Shown here piece by piece: positions 19,591 to 32,780 of a stretch of DNA of 64,000 nt. The stretch lies in NCBI GenBank assembly GCA_030390025.1, contig CM059432.1, positions 25,608,001-25,672,000 on the forward strand, in the 5' to 3' direction. Both the position numbers and the translations under genes were made by a program. The stretch comes from Squalus acanthias (Eukaryota). The notes beneath the pieces were generated by a model that worked only from the letters and a program-made list of their open reading frames with translations, made no database searches and was not told the DNA's origin. Every line of letters starts with the position of its first letter. The stretch's first letter is position 1.

Positions 19591-20729
19591 CTTCATTGAT
19601 GACAGCTGCAGAAGTGGTGTGAAGGATCCAATGGTACACTGGTGAGTTTCAGAGGTAAGAAAATGTTGGGAAAATCATTTTTAATGTATTTAGACTTTTC
19701 TGTAAGGTACAAGTTTTGAAGTGTTTGTGTAGTCCCACCTCATTGGGAGAACCTCTCTCACCACTGACAGATTGCTTCTGTAACCTCACCTGCAGCTGCC
19801 ATCTGTTCTAGCCTAAGGAGGGAGTCACTGGAGAGTCTGGGTGCAAGGGCTCACCTTTGTACAGTGAATGTCAGTGTTTGCAGCACCTCAATGCTGTCAA
19901 ACATTGAAAAAATCACCTGTCAAATAAAATTGTGTGTGGCCCCTTTAAGAAAACCGGCAGATGATGCGTCATCAACTGATGTCATCTGACACTGGCTTTC
20001 TTTTAATTGGCCGGCAAGCCCGCAGGGCGGGCTTAACAAGGGCAATTGATGCAAAATGGCGTCTGTGCGTCGGACGTCGTTGGGGGCGGAATTGGAACCC
20101 GGAAGGCAGCAGTCCCCATCCCCCAAGCTGCATCGAAAGGTAAAATCCAGCCCTAAGAGTCTAAATGGGGTAGAAAAGCAAAGGGATCTCAGGATACAGA
20201 GACACAAATCACTAGAAGTAACAATTCTAGAGGGATAGAATTGAAAAGCACTGAAAGAATGTTAAACTAGTATTGAACGTTGGTTAGATCGCACTTGGGA
20301 GTACAGTGCACAGTTCTTGTCTCTATATTATAAAAGGGATATAAAGGCATTGGAGAAGGTGCAAAAAAGATTCACAAGGATGATACAAGAACTGAGAGGA
20401 TATACTTATCAGGAAAGGCTGAACAGACTGGGACTCTTTTCTCTAGGAAAGAGAAGGCTGAGGGGATGTCATCATTACCGCGGTGTGATCTTAACGTCTA
20501 GTCAGAGGGAGTCCTGCACTGTGTGGAACCTGACAGCCAGACCGTGGCGGGAGATGCCAACTGGCCAGAAGAGGCAATGGTAAATTTTAAAAAAATGACT
20601 TTTATCAGAACTCCTTGTGGCCAGAAGGGACAAGAGTTCCTCGTGAATTGTTGGGGTTCTCCAGCCCCGACCACTTCCCGTTCCCCCGATTGCAATAGAA
20701 CCCCGCCCCTCCAAACATGCCTGCAACAT

Positions 20730-23160
20730 CCTGATCCCCAATCACACCTGCAAATCCTCCCTACCCCGAAACCCGATCACATCTGCAACACCCTCCCGAT
20801 CCCCGATCATATCTGCAAAACCCTCCCGAGCCCCAATCACATCTGCAACACCCTCCCGATCCCCGATCATATCTGCAAAACCCTCCTGAGCCCCGATCAC
20901 ACCTGCAACACCCCCCGATCCCCGATCACATCTGCAACACCCTCCCCAGCCCCGATCACATCTGAAACACTCTCCCGAGCCCTGATCACATCTGCAGTAG
21001 CCTCCCAAGTCCCGATCACATCTGTAACACACCACCCGATCCCCGATCATATCTGTAACACACCACCTGATCCCCGATTACATCTGTAACACACCACCCG
21101 ATCCGCGATCACATCTGCAACACCCTCCCCAGCCCCGATCACATCTGCAACACCTTTCCCAGCCCCGATCACATCTGCAACACCCTCCCCAGCCCCGATC
21201 ACATCTGCAACACCTCTCCCCTGATCCCCGATCACATCTGCAACACCCTCCCCAGCCCCGATCACATCTGCAACACCTCTCCTGAGCCCCGATCACATCT
21301 GCAATCCCCCACCCTGGATCACGTCTGCAAAATCCCCCAATCCCCGATCACGACTGTAACACCCTCCCCAGCCCCGATCATGTCTGTAAAGTTTCGCAAT
21401 TATCGCGATTCGAAATAACAAGATAGAAGCAGATTCGTTTGATCAGTTTATTTAAACAAAATGCTGTCATGATATAAAGGACACAGAAGCCTGTAAAAAG
21501 GCTGCCGCGCATTGTGGCAGAAGCTTCCAGAAGTACAGTGGGCAGACAAGATGGCGTTTGAATAAACATTTTCAATATAAGACGGGATCATACTCGATAA
21601 GCACTGATAAAGACAGGATGCAACCTGTTTGCATTTGTGACAATAGCAAAAGATATAAGTGCTGGAATCGTTTTCAAGTAAGGACCATTGTACTGGGCAA
21701 TCGAAGGCCCATCCAGACACATCAATACACAAATACCCCCACGGCTCTACAGTGAGAGAGCCATTCTCGGGTGATTAAACAAGCATTCGGGGGCCCCCCA
21801 AAACCAGTCAGGGAGACGATTCATACGATCCTGGCTGGGCCAACAATGGGGAGAACATTAACGGGTAGTTGGCCAGTTTCAGGTGCTACCGAAACCCGTT
21901 AAAGACAAGAATCGCCCCATGCTGGGAGTTTTGAGCGCCAATATTTCACAAAGGACAAACATTAAGATTTGGGCGGGAGATAAGGGAACACAGCACTATA
22001 ACTATAGTGAACAAATGTCCATCGGTCTCTTATTCTCTTGATTCGGGGCCTTATTCTCTTATCTCGCTGCTGACTGCAGAGGGTTTTCGGTGTTCTCTCT
22101 GGACTCTGTTGACTATGTTGGGTGGAGCTCAAACGGAAGGAGCCGCCTCAATGAGGGCCAGTGACCGTGTGCACCATCCCGAGAGTTGGTAAACGGTGTC
22201 TGGACCCGAAGGCCCGAAGAGACGAGACGAGACGAGACGAGAAGAAGAGGAGAAGAATCCACGTGCCGCCGCGGTCAGTAAACCCCGACCGCGCCCAAAA
22301 ATATACGACCCATTTCTTGAACTCTACAGGTTACTGCACGAACTGGTCAAAGACTCTTTTTCGAATTCTACCGGCAACCGGTGTCGGACACAGGAAGACT
22401 CTTCTTCGAACCGTGTCCGAGTTCTGTCGAGTTCTTCATGACAACGGGGATCCCAGCCTGCTTGCCGCAGCAGCGAAGATAAACAAGTGGGGTACAGAGA
22501 CCCCTCAAAACACGTGACAGTCAGGCGCTGCAGCGAAACGAGCCGAGTGCCTCACTTTTAAAATTCTCCGAAGTATCACGAGTGGTGAGCATGTTTCCCG
22601 ATCCTACAAATCTAGATGTAGTGTAGGTATTGATAGGGGAGGGTGGTTTTATTAAGGATAAAGTATAATGTGTTCCCCCTTTTACGATGTGCCGTGCGTT
22701 CTTCATTACCATAGACCAAGCTTTATGAATGTATGTATACTTGTACTCTCGTTAATTTGCGCCTATGACATGTACTTCATGATTTTGGACGCTATGCAAT
22801 AAAGATTTCCATTTCGTACTATTCAACCGGGTCTATTTGAGTTTTTCTCTGCATTACTGCTCTCGCACCTAAGTCCAGTGTTAGAACCGTAAGGGCGAGT
22901 GGGTCGAACCACTCACAGGTGCTTATTGCAACAAGGCTGGCCGGAGACCAGAGCAAGCAATAGTATTAGGCAACGAAGGCCTAACCTCGCACCAGCACTG
23001 TCTGTGATACAAGCACGCCAAAACCCCTTACATGTCTGCAATAAGGCCCCCCGATCCCTGATCACATCTGCAACACCTCCCCAATCATGTCTGCAACACC
23101 TCTCCCAATCCCTGATTGTGTCTGAAACACCCCTCCCGATCGTCTCCAGACCCCTCCCCA
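20730..23160 (+). repeat. About 30-bp minisatellite (CCCCGATCACATCTGCAACACCCTCCCCAG), split by the solo LTR (20730-21384, 23037-23160)
   Basis: More than 20 visible degenerate tandem copies; lies inside a GC-rich MITE-like segment (about 20470-23395). Confidence 0.9.
21385..23032 (+). mobile_element. Solo LTR (1648 bp, subfamily B)
   Basis: TGTAAAGTTTCGC...CCCCTTACA; TSD TGTC at 21381-21384 and 23033-23036; shares blocks with the proviral LTR. Confidence 0.92.
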
Positions 23161-23499
23161 CAACTCCTGTTCCCAAGGATCCTCGGGTGCGGCCACCTGC
23201 CGCCAAATTCCCGCCCCACCCCCGCTCGCTGACCAGATAGTGAATCTGTCCGGGTTCGGGCGGGACTCTGGGAACATTTATATTAATGAGGCTGGGCTGA
23301 TCTTAATGGCTGGGTCTCCACATCCCTGGACTCTCCGTGTGCGCCGCCTGCTTTGGGCCTCACCACACTGATCCTGACCCCTCTTTAAAATCGGGGACTT
23401 GAAGGTTTTTGTCAGACTATCCTGCTCTGAAAAGAAGAAAGGAAGCACTAGAACTTGAATTTATTTATTGATCACACAGTTTTTTCTCATCATGTTCTA

Positions 23500-23735
23500 G
23501 AACATAAGAACAGAAGAATTAGGAGCAGGAGTAGGCCATACAGCCCCTTAAGCCTGCTCTGCCATTCAATAAGATCATGGCTGATCTTCAATTTCAACTC
23601 CACCTTCCGGCACTATCCCCATATCCCTTGATTCCCCTAGAGTCCAAAAATCTAGCGATCTCTGTCTTGAATATACTTAACCACTGAGCATCCACAGCCC
23701 TCTGGGGTAGAGAATTCCAAAGATTCACAACCTGA
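23500..23735 (-). mobile_element. CR1 3' end fragment
   Basis: GAACATAAGAA...GGAGCAGGAGTAGGCCAT tail; same tail family as 28543, 44442 and 49901. Confidence 0.75.
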
Positions 23736-24639
23736 ATTATTGAAGAGGAAGATTTGTGCTGGTTCCATCAGCGTGAGACTGCCATCCCATAACTCTCATA
23801 AGTGGCCATTGTTTATGTCTGAAACTAGGGAACGAGTGTGTTGGCGATAAAATGGCCAAGTCTGATCATGTTCACACTAGATATCTGCACATATGCACTT
23901 CTCACCAGTAGTCACTGGTTATCGATCATGAGTAGGAGCCCTAACTGATTCTTAGTTGCTTCCTTGCTTTGTCTGGGGGAACTGAGGGCAATTGTACTGC
24001 CTCTACCATAACCCTTGTGGACTCTGTTATCTCAACACAGACTGAGGATTGAAACAAGACTTTCTTGGTCTGTATGGATCAGAACTGGACCAGGTGGTGC
24101 ATTCGCTCTGTCTTGAATATACTCAACAACTGAGCATCCCAATTAGTATATATTTTGTTGCTAGAATCAAGACAATGCACCTTTTAATATAAAATCCCTT
24201 TATTAGAGAGACCCATTAACTTTAAAGTGTTTATGCTGTACTCTGGCTCCAATCTCTGTTCCCTCTTATAATGCTGATACAAAGCCAGACAGGGCCAATT
24301 GCTCATCTCATGGGGTGCTTTGTCTCACTCATGTCTTAATATAACTCTCTTTGCCTGCATAAGAAGATTAGGAATTAAGTGAATCTTTTTGTCTGCCTGC
24401 AAAAGAACGCGTGTCACATCTCCAAGGCTAATTAGCACAGAATAATTGGTGATTAGTGTAACTAGATAGAAATTTAAGTAAGCATGGAATAAGAAAAGGC
24501 TACGGAGCTCTTTCATTTCAATGGATCCTCTATTTACTTCATCTTCTGGGGGAGGGAAACTACAGGTAAATGACTCTTTTTGAAAAAAATCCTGGCTGAA
24601 AGGCTAACAGGGCAGGACACCAATAAGTCTTAAAAGAGA

Positions 24640-25927
24640 ATGAGAGACGTTGATAGATAAAGTGAGTGGGCGAAACTGCAGATGGACCAAAAAAAGGCTA
24701 GATCCGAGTATTATTTAAATTGTGAAAGGCTAGGAGCAATGGAGTTCCAAGGAGATTTTGGGGTCTGTGTACAACTGTAGTCAGGTACAAAAAATAATCA
24801 AAAAGGCTAATGGAATATTAGCTTTTATAACTAGAGGGCTAGAATATAAAGGGGAGGAAGTTTTGCTGTAGCTATACAAAGCCCTGGTTAGACCACATCT
24901 GGAGTATTGTGTACATTTCTGGCCACTGCACCTTAGAAAGGATGTATTGGCCTTGGAAGTAGTGCAGCGTAGATTCAGCAGAATGTTACCAGGGCTCAAA
25001 GGGTTAGGTTATGAGGAGAAAATACATAAACTAGCTTGTATTCTCTGGAATATAGAAGGTTAGGGGGTAATTTGATTGAGGTTTTTAGGATTTTGAAAGG
25101 AATTGACAGGGTATAGAGGTAAACTTTTTCCGCTGGTGGTAGTGCCTACGACTAGGGGACGTATCCTTAAAACCAGAGCCAGGCCATTCAGGAGAGAAGT
25201 TAGGAAACACATCTTCATGCAAAAGGTGGTAGAATGGTTCCAGGGATGAGGGATTACAGTTATGTGGATATACTGGAGAAGCTGGGGTTGTTCTCCTTAG
25301 AACAGAGAAGGCTAAGAGGAAATTTGATAGAGGTGTTCAAAATCATGAAGGATATAGATAGAGTAAATAAAGAGAAACTGTTTCTAATGGCTGAAGGGTC
25401 GATAACCAGAGGGCACAGATTTAAGGTGATTGGCAAAAGAACCAGAGGCGACATGAGGAAAAACTTTTTTACGCAACGAGTGGTTAGGATTTGGAATGCA
25501 CTGACTGATAGGTTGGTGGATACATATTCAATAGTAGTCTTCAAAAGGGAATTGGGTAAATATTTGAAGGAGAAAAAATTATAGGGATATGGGGAAAGAG
25601 CAGGGGAGTGGGACTAACTGGATTGCTCTTCGAAAGAGCTGGTGCAGACTCGATGGGCCGAATGGCCTCCTTCTGTGCTGTACTATTCAATGATTCTATG
25701 ATTTCAAGAGTGTGAAACTCTCTCCCAGCAGTAGATGCTAGCTCAATTCATAATTTTAAGTCAGAGATCGATAGATTTTTGCTAGACAAGGTATACCTTT
25801 GGTACACAAAAGATTATGGAGTCAAGGCAGGTGGATGAAGTTAAGATACAGATAAGCTATGATCTCATTGAATGGCGGAACAGGCTTGATGGGCTGAATG
25901 TCCTACTCCTATTCCTATATTCCTATG
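24640..25927 (+). mobile_element. CR1 3' part with a second CR1 3' end (about 25232-25703) inserted in it
   Basis: Two sets of RRLRG-LIEVF and TRGH motifs; tails TTCTATGA and TTCCTATG; the outer copy resumes after the inner tail. Confidence 0.82.
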
Positions 25928-26517
25928 AGAGATGTCGGGATAAATTAAAAGGTAGTGGCTAGGTTCATAATCTACAGTTTAAAGGACTGTAGGTTATGAA
26001 CTCCAAAGGAGTGGGCTGTGAGGGGAATTGCTGAGGTGCAGGGGTGGTGAGGGGTTTTTGACATATCATATGCTCAGTAGTTTACGTCTGAGCTGTTAAT
26101 ATAATATTGTCTGCATTTATGCATGGGAATTTACCAGCAGTGGTGAGTTGGTGAATTTGAAGACCCTTTCCTTCACCTTCATACTTCCTCACCCAGAAAT
26201 GTTAACAAAGGTGCTATAGAAATGCAAATTCCTTCCTCCTTCCTACAACTAAGCTCAAGTGGGGGATGACAAGAGGAAGCTTGAATAGTTTCTTGGCACT
26301 CCATCAGGAAGGTCCAAGGTTTGTTCTCTAGTTGTACTGAGTTAGCCAGGGCAGCACTAGGAGTGCTATTAGTTAAGGAGTGAATAACTGTCCTAGAAGT
26401 TCCCAGGTTTAACCTGTAGTTGTGGTGATTTAACTGATGTTGTATTGGCAGTTCAGGTATAAATATCTGTGCATATTAAATGCCAAAAGTCCCTCACCAC
26501 ATGGGCAATCTCTTTCT

Positions 26518-27042
26518 TAGAATCATAGAATCATAGAATGGTTTCTGCACAGAAGGAGACCATTCAGCCCATCGAGCCTGTACCGGCTCTCTGCAAGAGC
26601 ACTTCAGCTAGTCCCACTCTCCGCCCTTTCCCCGTAGCCCGGTAAATTTTTTCCTTCAGGTACTTATCCAATTCCCCTTTGAAAGCTACAACTGAACCTG
26701 CCTCCACCACCCTTTCAGGCAGTGCATTCAGATCCTAACCACTCGCTGCGTAAAAAAGTTTTTCCTGATGTCGCCTTTGGTTCTTTTGCCAATCACCTTA
26801 AATCTGTGTCCTCTGGTTCTCGACCCTTCCACCAATGGGAACAGTTTTTCTCTATCTACTCTGTCTAGACCCCTCATGATTTTGAACACCTCTATTAAAT
26901 CTCCTCTCAACCTTCTCTGCTCTAAGGAGAACAACCCCAGCTTCTCTAGTCTATCCACGTAACTGAAGTCCCTCACCCTGGAATCATTCTCGTAAATCTT
27001 TTCTGCACTCTCTCTAAGGCATTCACATCCTTCCTAAAGTGC
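26518..27042 (-). mobile_element. CR1 3' end
   Basis: RLEKLGLFSLEQRRLRGDLIEVFK...TRGHRFK; (CATAGAAT)n tail. Confidence 0.88.
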
Positions 27043-27340
27043 TAAAGTCATGTGTTCAAATCCTACCATGGCAAGTTGTGAAATTCAATTCAATAAATCT
27101 GGTAGATCGTGGGCTGGAACCAGAAAAAAATGAGCATTAAAAGCTGCTGGATTGTCTTAAAACCCAATTGGCTCACTAAGGTCCATCAGGGAAGAAAACT
27201 AGCCAACCTTACCTGGTCTGGCCTACATGTGACTCCAGATCCATACTATAAGGTTGACTCTTAATACTCTTAGGTCAACTAGGGATGAGAAATAAATACA
27301 GCCTTGCTGGTTTGTCCATATCCCCATAACAAATAAATAG
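27043..27340 (+). mobile_element. tRNA-derived SINE (same family as 32380-32780), 5' truncated
   Basis: GTTCAAATCC B-box; shared CTTACC-GGTCTGGCCTA-GTGACTCCAG block. Confidence 0.6.
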
Positions 27341-27539
27341 TCCCTCAACATTGACAATTGTACAGCAGATAACTGTTTATCCAGTCAAGTATTGCAGGAA
27401 TGGAATCAGAATGCAGGAAGATTAAGCAATCCAGATCTAGGACACTCAGCATGTCAGACATCCATTCTACCTACTGGTACTCAATAAGCACTGTTTCTTC
27501 TGCTCCTTTGAGGCCACTGTGCACCCTATGTTTCCTGAT

Positions 27540-28542
27540 CTGCCCGGGTAGAACCATCATTTCAGTCTGTTCTTGCCCCATGGAACTTATTTCTTCCTAA
27601 CCCGACACTATTTTTTCTTCCCTTGTTCAGTCTCATCCCTAGATTCGTGACTCTTCCGACACCCTCCACCACTTTAACAATTTCCAGTTTCCTGGCCCTA
27701 ACCGTCTCCTTTTCACCATGGACATCCAATCCCTCTACACCTCCATCCCCCACCAGGATGGCCTGAGGGCGCTCTGCTTCTCCCTTGAACAGAGGCCCAA
27801 CCAGTCCCCATCTACTACCACCACCCTCCTCCGCCTGGCTGAATTATTCTTACATTGAAAAACGTCTCCTCTGACTCCACTCACTTCCTCCAAATAAAAG
27901 ATGTGGCTATAGGAACCTGCATGGGTGCTAGCTATGCCTGCCTTTTCGTGGGATACGAGGAACATTCTTTGTTCCAGTCCTACTCAGGTACCCTCTCTCA
28001 CCTCTTTTTCCAGTGCATTGCTGAATGTGTCAGTGCCGCTCCCTGCTCTCGCCCCGATCTGAAAAATTTAATCAGTTTTGCTTTCAATTTCCTTCCCTCC
28101 TTCGCATTCATATGGTCCATCTCCGATTCTTCCCTTCCCTTCCTCAATTTCTCTATCTCCATTTCTGGGGTTAGGCTGTCCACCAGTATCTACTATAAGC
28201 CCACTGACTCCCACAGCTACCTGGGCTACACTTCCTCTCACCTTGCTTCCTGTAAGAACTCTATTCCATTCTCCCAGTTTCTCCATCTCTGTTCTGACAA
28301 TGCCACCTTCCACACCAGTGCTTCCGATATGTCTTCCTTTTTTTCACAACCAAGGATTCCCCTCCACCGTGGTTGACAGGGCCCTCCACTGCGTCTGTCC
28401 CATTTCCCGCACTTCTGCTCTCACCACTTCCCCTCCCTCCCAGAACCATGATAGAGTTCCCCTTGTCCTCAGCTTTCACCCCACCAGCCTCCAGATTCAA
28501 CGGATCATCCTCGACCATTTCTGCCACCTCTAGCGTGATGCC
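27540..28542 (+). mobile_element. Penelope-like element RT fragment (degraded)
   Basis: TMDIQSLYTSIP, AIGTCMGASYACLFVGY, LPFL, YKPTDSHSYL motifs; 3' part similar to 49350-49600. Confidence 0.85.
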
Positions 28543-29370
28543 ACATAGGAACATAGTAACATAGGAACAGGAGTAGGCCATTCAGCCCCTCAAGCCTGTT
28601 CCGCCATTCAATGAGATCATGGCCGATCTGCAACCTAACTCCATATACCCACCTGTGGCCCATATCTCTTAATACCTTTGGTTAACAAAAAGCTATCAAT
28701 CTCAGATTTAAAATTAACAATTGATCTAGCATCAATTGCCATTTGCGGAAGAGAGTTCCAAACTTCTACCACCCTTTGTGTGTAAAAGTGTTTCCTAATT
28801 TCACTCCTGGGAGGTCTGGCTCTAATTTTTAGACTATGCCCCCTAGTCCTAGAATCCACAACCAGTGGAAATAGTTTTTCTCTGTCTACCCTATCTGTTC
28901 CCCTTAATATCTTGAAAACTTCAATCAGATCACCCCTTAACCTTCTAAATTCTAGGGAATACAACCCTAATTTGTGTAATCTCTCCTCCTAACTTAACCC
29001 TTGAAGTCCGGGTATCATTCTGGTAAATCTACGCTGCACTCCCTCCAAGGCCAATATATCCTTCCTAAGGTGTGGTGCCCAGAACTGCTCACAGTAGTCC
29101 AGGTGTGGTCTAACCAGGGTTTTGTATAGCTGCAGCATAACTTCTACCCCCTTGTATTCTAGTCCTCTAGAAATAAAGGTCAGCATTCTATTATCCTTTT
29201 TGATTATTTTCTGTATCTGTTCATGACATTTTAATGATTTATGTACCTGGATCCCCAAGTCTCTTTGGACCTCCACTGTTTTTAACCTTTCACCATTTAG
29301 AAAGTACCCTGTTCTATCCTTTTTAGGTCCAAAGTGGATGACCTCACATTTGCCTACATTGAAATCCATT
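28543..29370 (-). mobile_element. CR1 3' portion
   Basis: FNVGKCEVIHFG, LVRPHLDYC, RRLRGDLIEVFK motifs; tail CATAGGAA. Confidence 0.88.
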
Positions 29371-29741
29371 GGCCCCAGCCAACCCTCCGCCCCCACCACC
29401 CCCGCGATCCCTGGGCGACCCCCCCCCCCCCACCAATCCCAGACCCCTGCCAATCCTCCCCCCTCCCGATCCCCAACCACAACTATCCTCTCTACCCCCT
29501 CCCAATCCCTGACCCCGGCCGATTGCCCAGCCCCCTCCCGCGATCCCTCCCCCGGACCGGCCCCTCGCTTCTGAGACCTACCCGCCCTGGCGGGCTGCGG
29601 GCGGGAAGCCGAGGCCTCGCATTCAAATCAGGCCCTGCCATTAAAGTCGGCAGGGCCTGCGGGAAACCCGGCCTCCCAGGTTTCCCGCCCGCCCCGGAGG
29701 CGCCCCGCCCCGAAACCGCCTCCCTTGAGAAAATTGCACCC
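29371..29741. mobile_element. Partial GC-rich Harbinger-type MITE (one end)
   Basis: Ends in AAAATTGCACCC like the other MITE termini; other end not found. Confidence 0.45.
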
Positions 29742-30469
29742 ATTATGTTGCTCTTTCCAACAATCCTTTCATATGTATAGAGCCATGGACATTTTATACC
29801 TCGTTGATATTTCAGTTGAATGCAAATATCAGGAGACAGCTCTTTTTAAATTTCTATCCTCATTACGTCAACTTTGCTCAATGACATCTTTGTGAGTATA
29901 GTCCTATCACGTTTCTTAACCAGATTTACAATGGCTTAAGCTGCCACTTTCAAATATGTCCTTCCAGTCCATATTCCATTCGCAGTACCATGTTTACATT
30001 TCAAAAGTGACTATACTTCCACAAGTACTTCGTTGGCTGTAAAGTGCTTTGGGACGTCTTAAAGGCGTGAAAGGCACTATGGAAGTACAAATCTTTCTCT
30101 CTTTCCTTAAGTTTACATTACTTTTGCAAATTTTCTCAAGTTGCAGAACTTTTTCGTCATGTTTTTCCAAGAACCACGATGTTTCTGAGGTGGAGTTGAC
30201 ATGCTGAGCAAACCACATTCACAAACTGTGCTCGATTAATGAGGCTCCCTCCAACTGCAATTGGTCATCCTGCCTATCAAACAGGTCGTCAATGAGGAGG
30301 AGCACCCATGTTTCAGTCTGAAAAATGGGATTTGCAACAAAAGTGAGCAGTCGTTGCACAGCAGTTCTGATTTCTTCTCCGCACAGCTGGGTGTACAGAA
30401 ATATTGTAATAAATATTAGTTCAGCAACTCATTGGCTGCTTGAGAAATGTGAAAATGTGAAAATTCTCT

Positions 30470-30905
30470 CCGTTACTCAGTGCTAGTACTCACGCCACTG
30501 AGTCAGAAGGTTGTGGTCCGAATCTCATTCCAGATATTTGAGCACATAATCCAGGCTGACACTGAGGAGTGCTGCACTGGCGGAGGTGCTATCATTCGAA
30601 TGAGACGTTGAGGCCCCGTCTGCTCTCCCAGGTGGATGTAAAAGATCCCATGACACTATTTCAAAGAAGAGCAGGGGAGTTCTCCCCAGTGTCCTGGCAA
30701 ATATTTATCCCTCAACCAACACCGCTGAAAACAGATTATCTGGTCATTATCACATTGCTGTTTGTGGGACCTTCCTGTGCACAAATTGGCTGCCACATTT
30801 TCTACATTACAACAGTGACTACACTTCAAATATATTTACTTGGTTGTTAAGTGCTTTGGGATATGCTGAAACTGTGAAAGGTGCCATATAAATGCAAGCT
30901 CTCTC
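30470..30905 (+). mobile_element. Deu-domain SINE (SacSINE1/AmnSINE-like) with L2-type tail
   Basis: tRNA-like head, GTGGATGTAAAAGATCCCATG...GAAGAGCAGGGGAGTTCTCCCC core, AAAGGTGCCATATAAATGCAAG tail. Confidence 0.78.
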
Positions 30906-32379
30906 TCTTTTCATCACAGCAGAGAGCAGAGAAGCAAAACCACCACAAAAAAAACAAAGAGCACGATCTAGTTTGATTGGCAAGTTTAGATACTGCCAGG
31001 AGCATGACTTTATGTGAGGAGAAAAAGAAAAGAAACCCCATTGTTTTGATAATATTATTTGTGTTAATCATATTCCAACAAGTTAAACTGAAATGTTATG
31101 TACATCGTTCTAGTAATGTTGCTTCGATTTGATATGAATTATATCCCATTAATGTCATATAAATTTTATTAATTATATCTCCATATTATTTAAATTAAGT
31201 ACTTGTCAAGTTATATTAATAAAATGTTCATTATATTGTGTTAATAATGCAATATTTATTGATTACATTTCCAAAATGCATTTAATAATGTCTAAAATGC
31301 CAGAGTATATTTCTGTAATACAATTTTGTTTCAATGCCATTAATTTTATTTAGAATATATATGCAACATTGATTAAAATTCTACAGCATAATTGTAATTC
31401 ATTTCCTCAGTGTCACAGTAATTGTGTGTAATATACAGTAATAGTTCTATCTTTACATACCTTAATAAGTGCTCTACTGCTAGTCTATGTGGCTGCACCC
31501 TGCCTGTGCACAGAGACAGCATGTGAAAGAGTATGCAAAGACTCCACTCTCATTGAAACTCTTAACCATGCCTTGGTCACCTCAACTTTTCCAATGCCCT
31601 TGTTGCCAGCCTCCTGATTTCCATTCTCCATAAATTTCAAATCACCCAAATGTCCATCATCCACATGGTACATGGCCTAAGCCCCTCTTTGCACATCACA
31701 CCCACCCTCACTGACCCACACTGCCTTCCTATCACTCAATGGACCAAATTTTAGTTCCCTATCTTCCTCCACAAGTATTTCTATGGTCTCACCCCTTCCC
31801 ACCTTTCTAACCTTCTTTTCAGCTCACATCCCCTCCCTTGCCCTCTGGTCCTTTGATTCTGTCCTCTCTCCATTCCCTCCACTGTCAACGGCAGAGACTT
31901 CAGTTGCCCTACTCTTTGGAGCTCCCTTCTCAAACCACTCTGCCTCTTTATCTGTCTCCCCACTATTAAAAACCATCTCAAGCCATACCTCTTTAATCAA
32001 GCTTGTCGCCACTTCTCCTAACCTTTCTGCAAAAGCTTACCGTCTGCTCCTTTTCTCCACTTTAGCTCTTTGGGTTGTTTTCCTACATTAACGGTGCTAC
32101 ACAATTCCTGTAATGGAGAAAGAAAGCTTGTGAATCAATATGGGAGAGAGCATGTGGATAAGTGTGGCTTTCAATGGGCCTACATTGGGGTGGGCCGAGG
32201 GGAGAAATGTGCAGGAGACCCATTTTGCCCGGTTCCTGCCCATTTACTGACACATATCAATCTTTCAGCATCATTTCCACAGGATGCTGAGAAAACTTGA
32301 TGAAAATAGGCTGGGTTTAACCAAGTAAATTGGTAATGACAGCGTGGTACCATATCTCACACTTGGCATCGTACCACCA

Positions 32380-32780
32380 CAGCCACATTAGCGCAGTGAT
32401 TATATTACTGGATTAGTAATCCAGAGACCTGGGCGAATAATCCAGAGAACGTGTGTTCAAATCTCACCATGGCAGTTTGAGAATTTGAATTCAGTTTAAA
32501 AAATCTGGAAATAAAACAGAATGGTATCATTATAAGTGACCATGAAGCTGTTGGTTTGTTCTAAAACCCCAACTAGCTCAGTAATGTCCTATAAAGCCGT
32601 CCTTACCCAGTCCGGCCTATGTGTGACTCCAGTCCCACAGCAACACGGATGACTCTTAACTGCCCTCTGCAATGGCCTAGCCAGCCACTCAGTTGTATCA
32701 AACTGCTTTGGGGAACTAGCGATGGGCAATCAATGCCAGTCTTGCCAGTAGCACCCACATCCTGAAAATCAATGAAAAAA
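32380..32780 (+). mobile_element. tRNA-derived SINE
   Basis: A-box-like TAGCGCAGTG, B-box GTTCAAATC, GATGGGCAAT...CCCACATCC tail then A-run; related copy at 27043. Confidence 0.65.

Larger units (their letters stand above)
19053..20153. mobile_element. Harbinger-type MITE
   Basis: Imperfect TIRs TGGGGGGAATTTTGCC / GGTAAAATCCAGCCC; TAA duplicated at 19050-19052 and 20154-20156 inside CR1. Confidence 0.7.
3655..20466 (+). mobile_element. Degraded CR1 LINE in three pieces (3655-4321, 18756-19052, 20154-20466) hosting the LTR nest and a MITE
   Basis: Removing the insert rejoins KGSY|SDWQKVGSGVPQ; KFADNTK follows, then ALEKVQKRFTRMI...LGLFSLGKRRLRG. Confidence 0.85.

Noticed and set aside
20730..21384. 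CRISPR-like array or repeat protein
   Set aside because: Head-to-tail units with no unique spacers, eukaryotic context, no cas genes.
29760..30400. Possible host exon or old transposase
   Set aside because: Stops in the frames examined and no recognisable motif.
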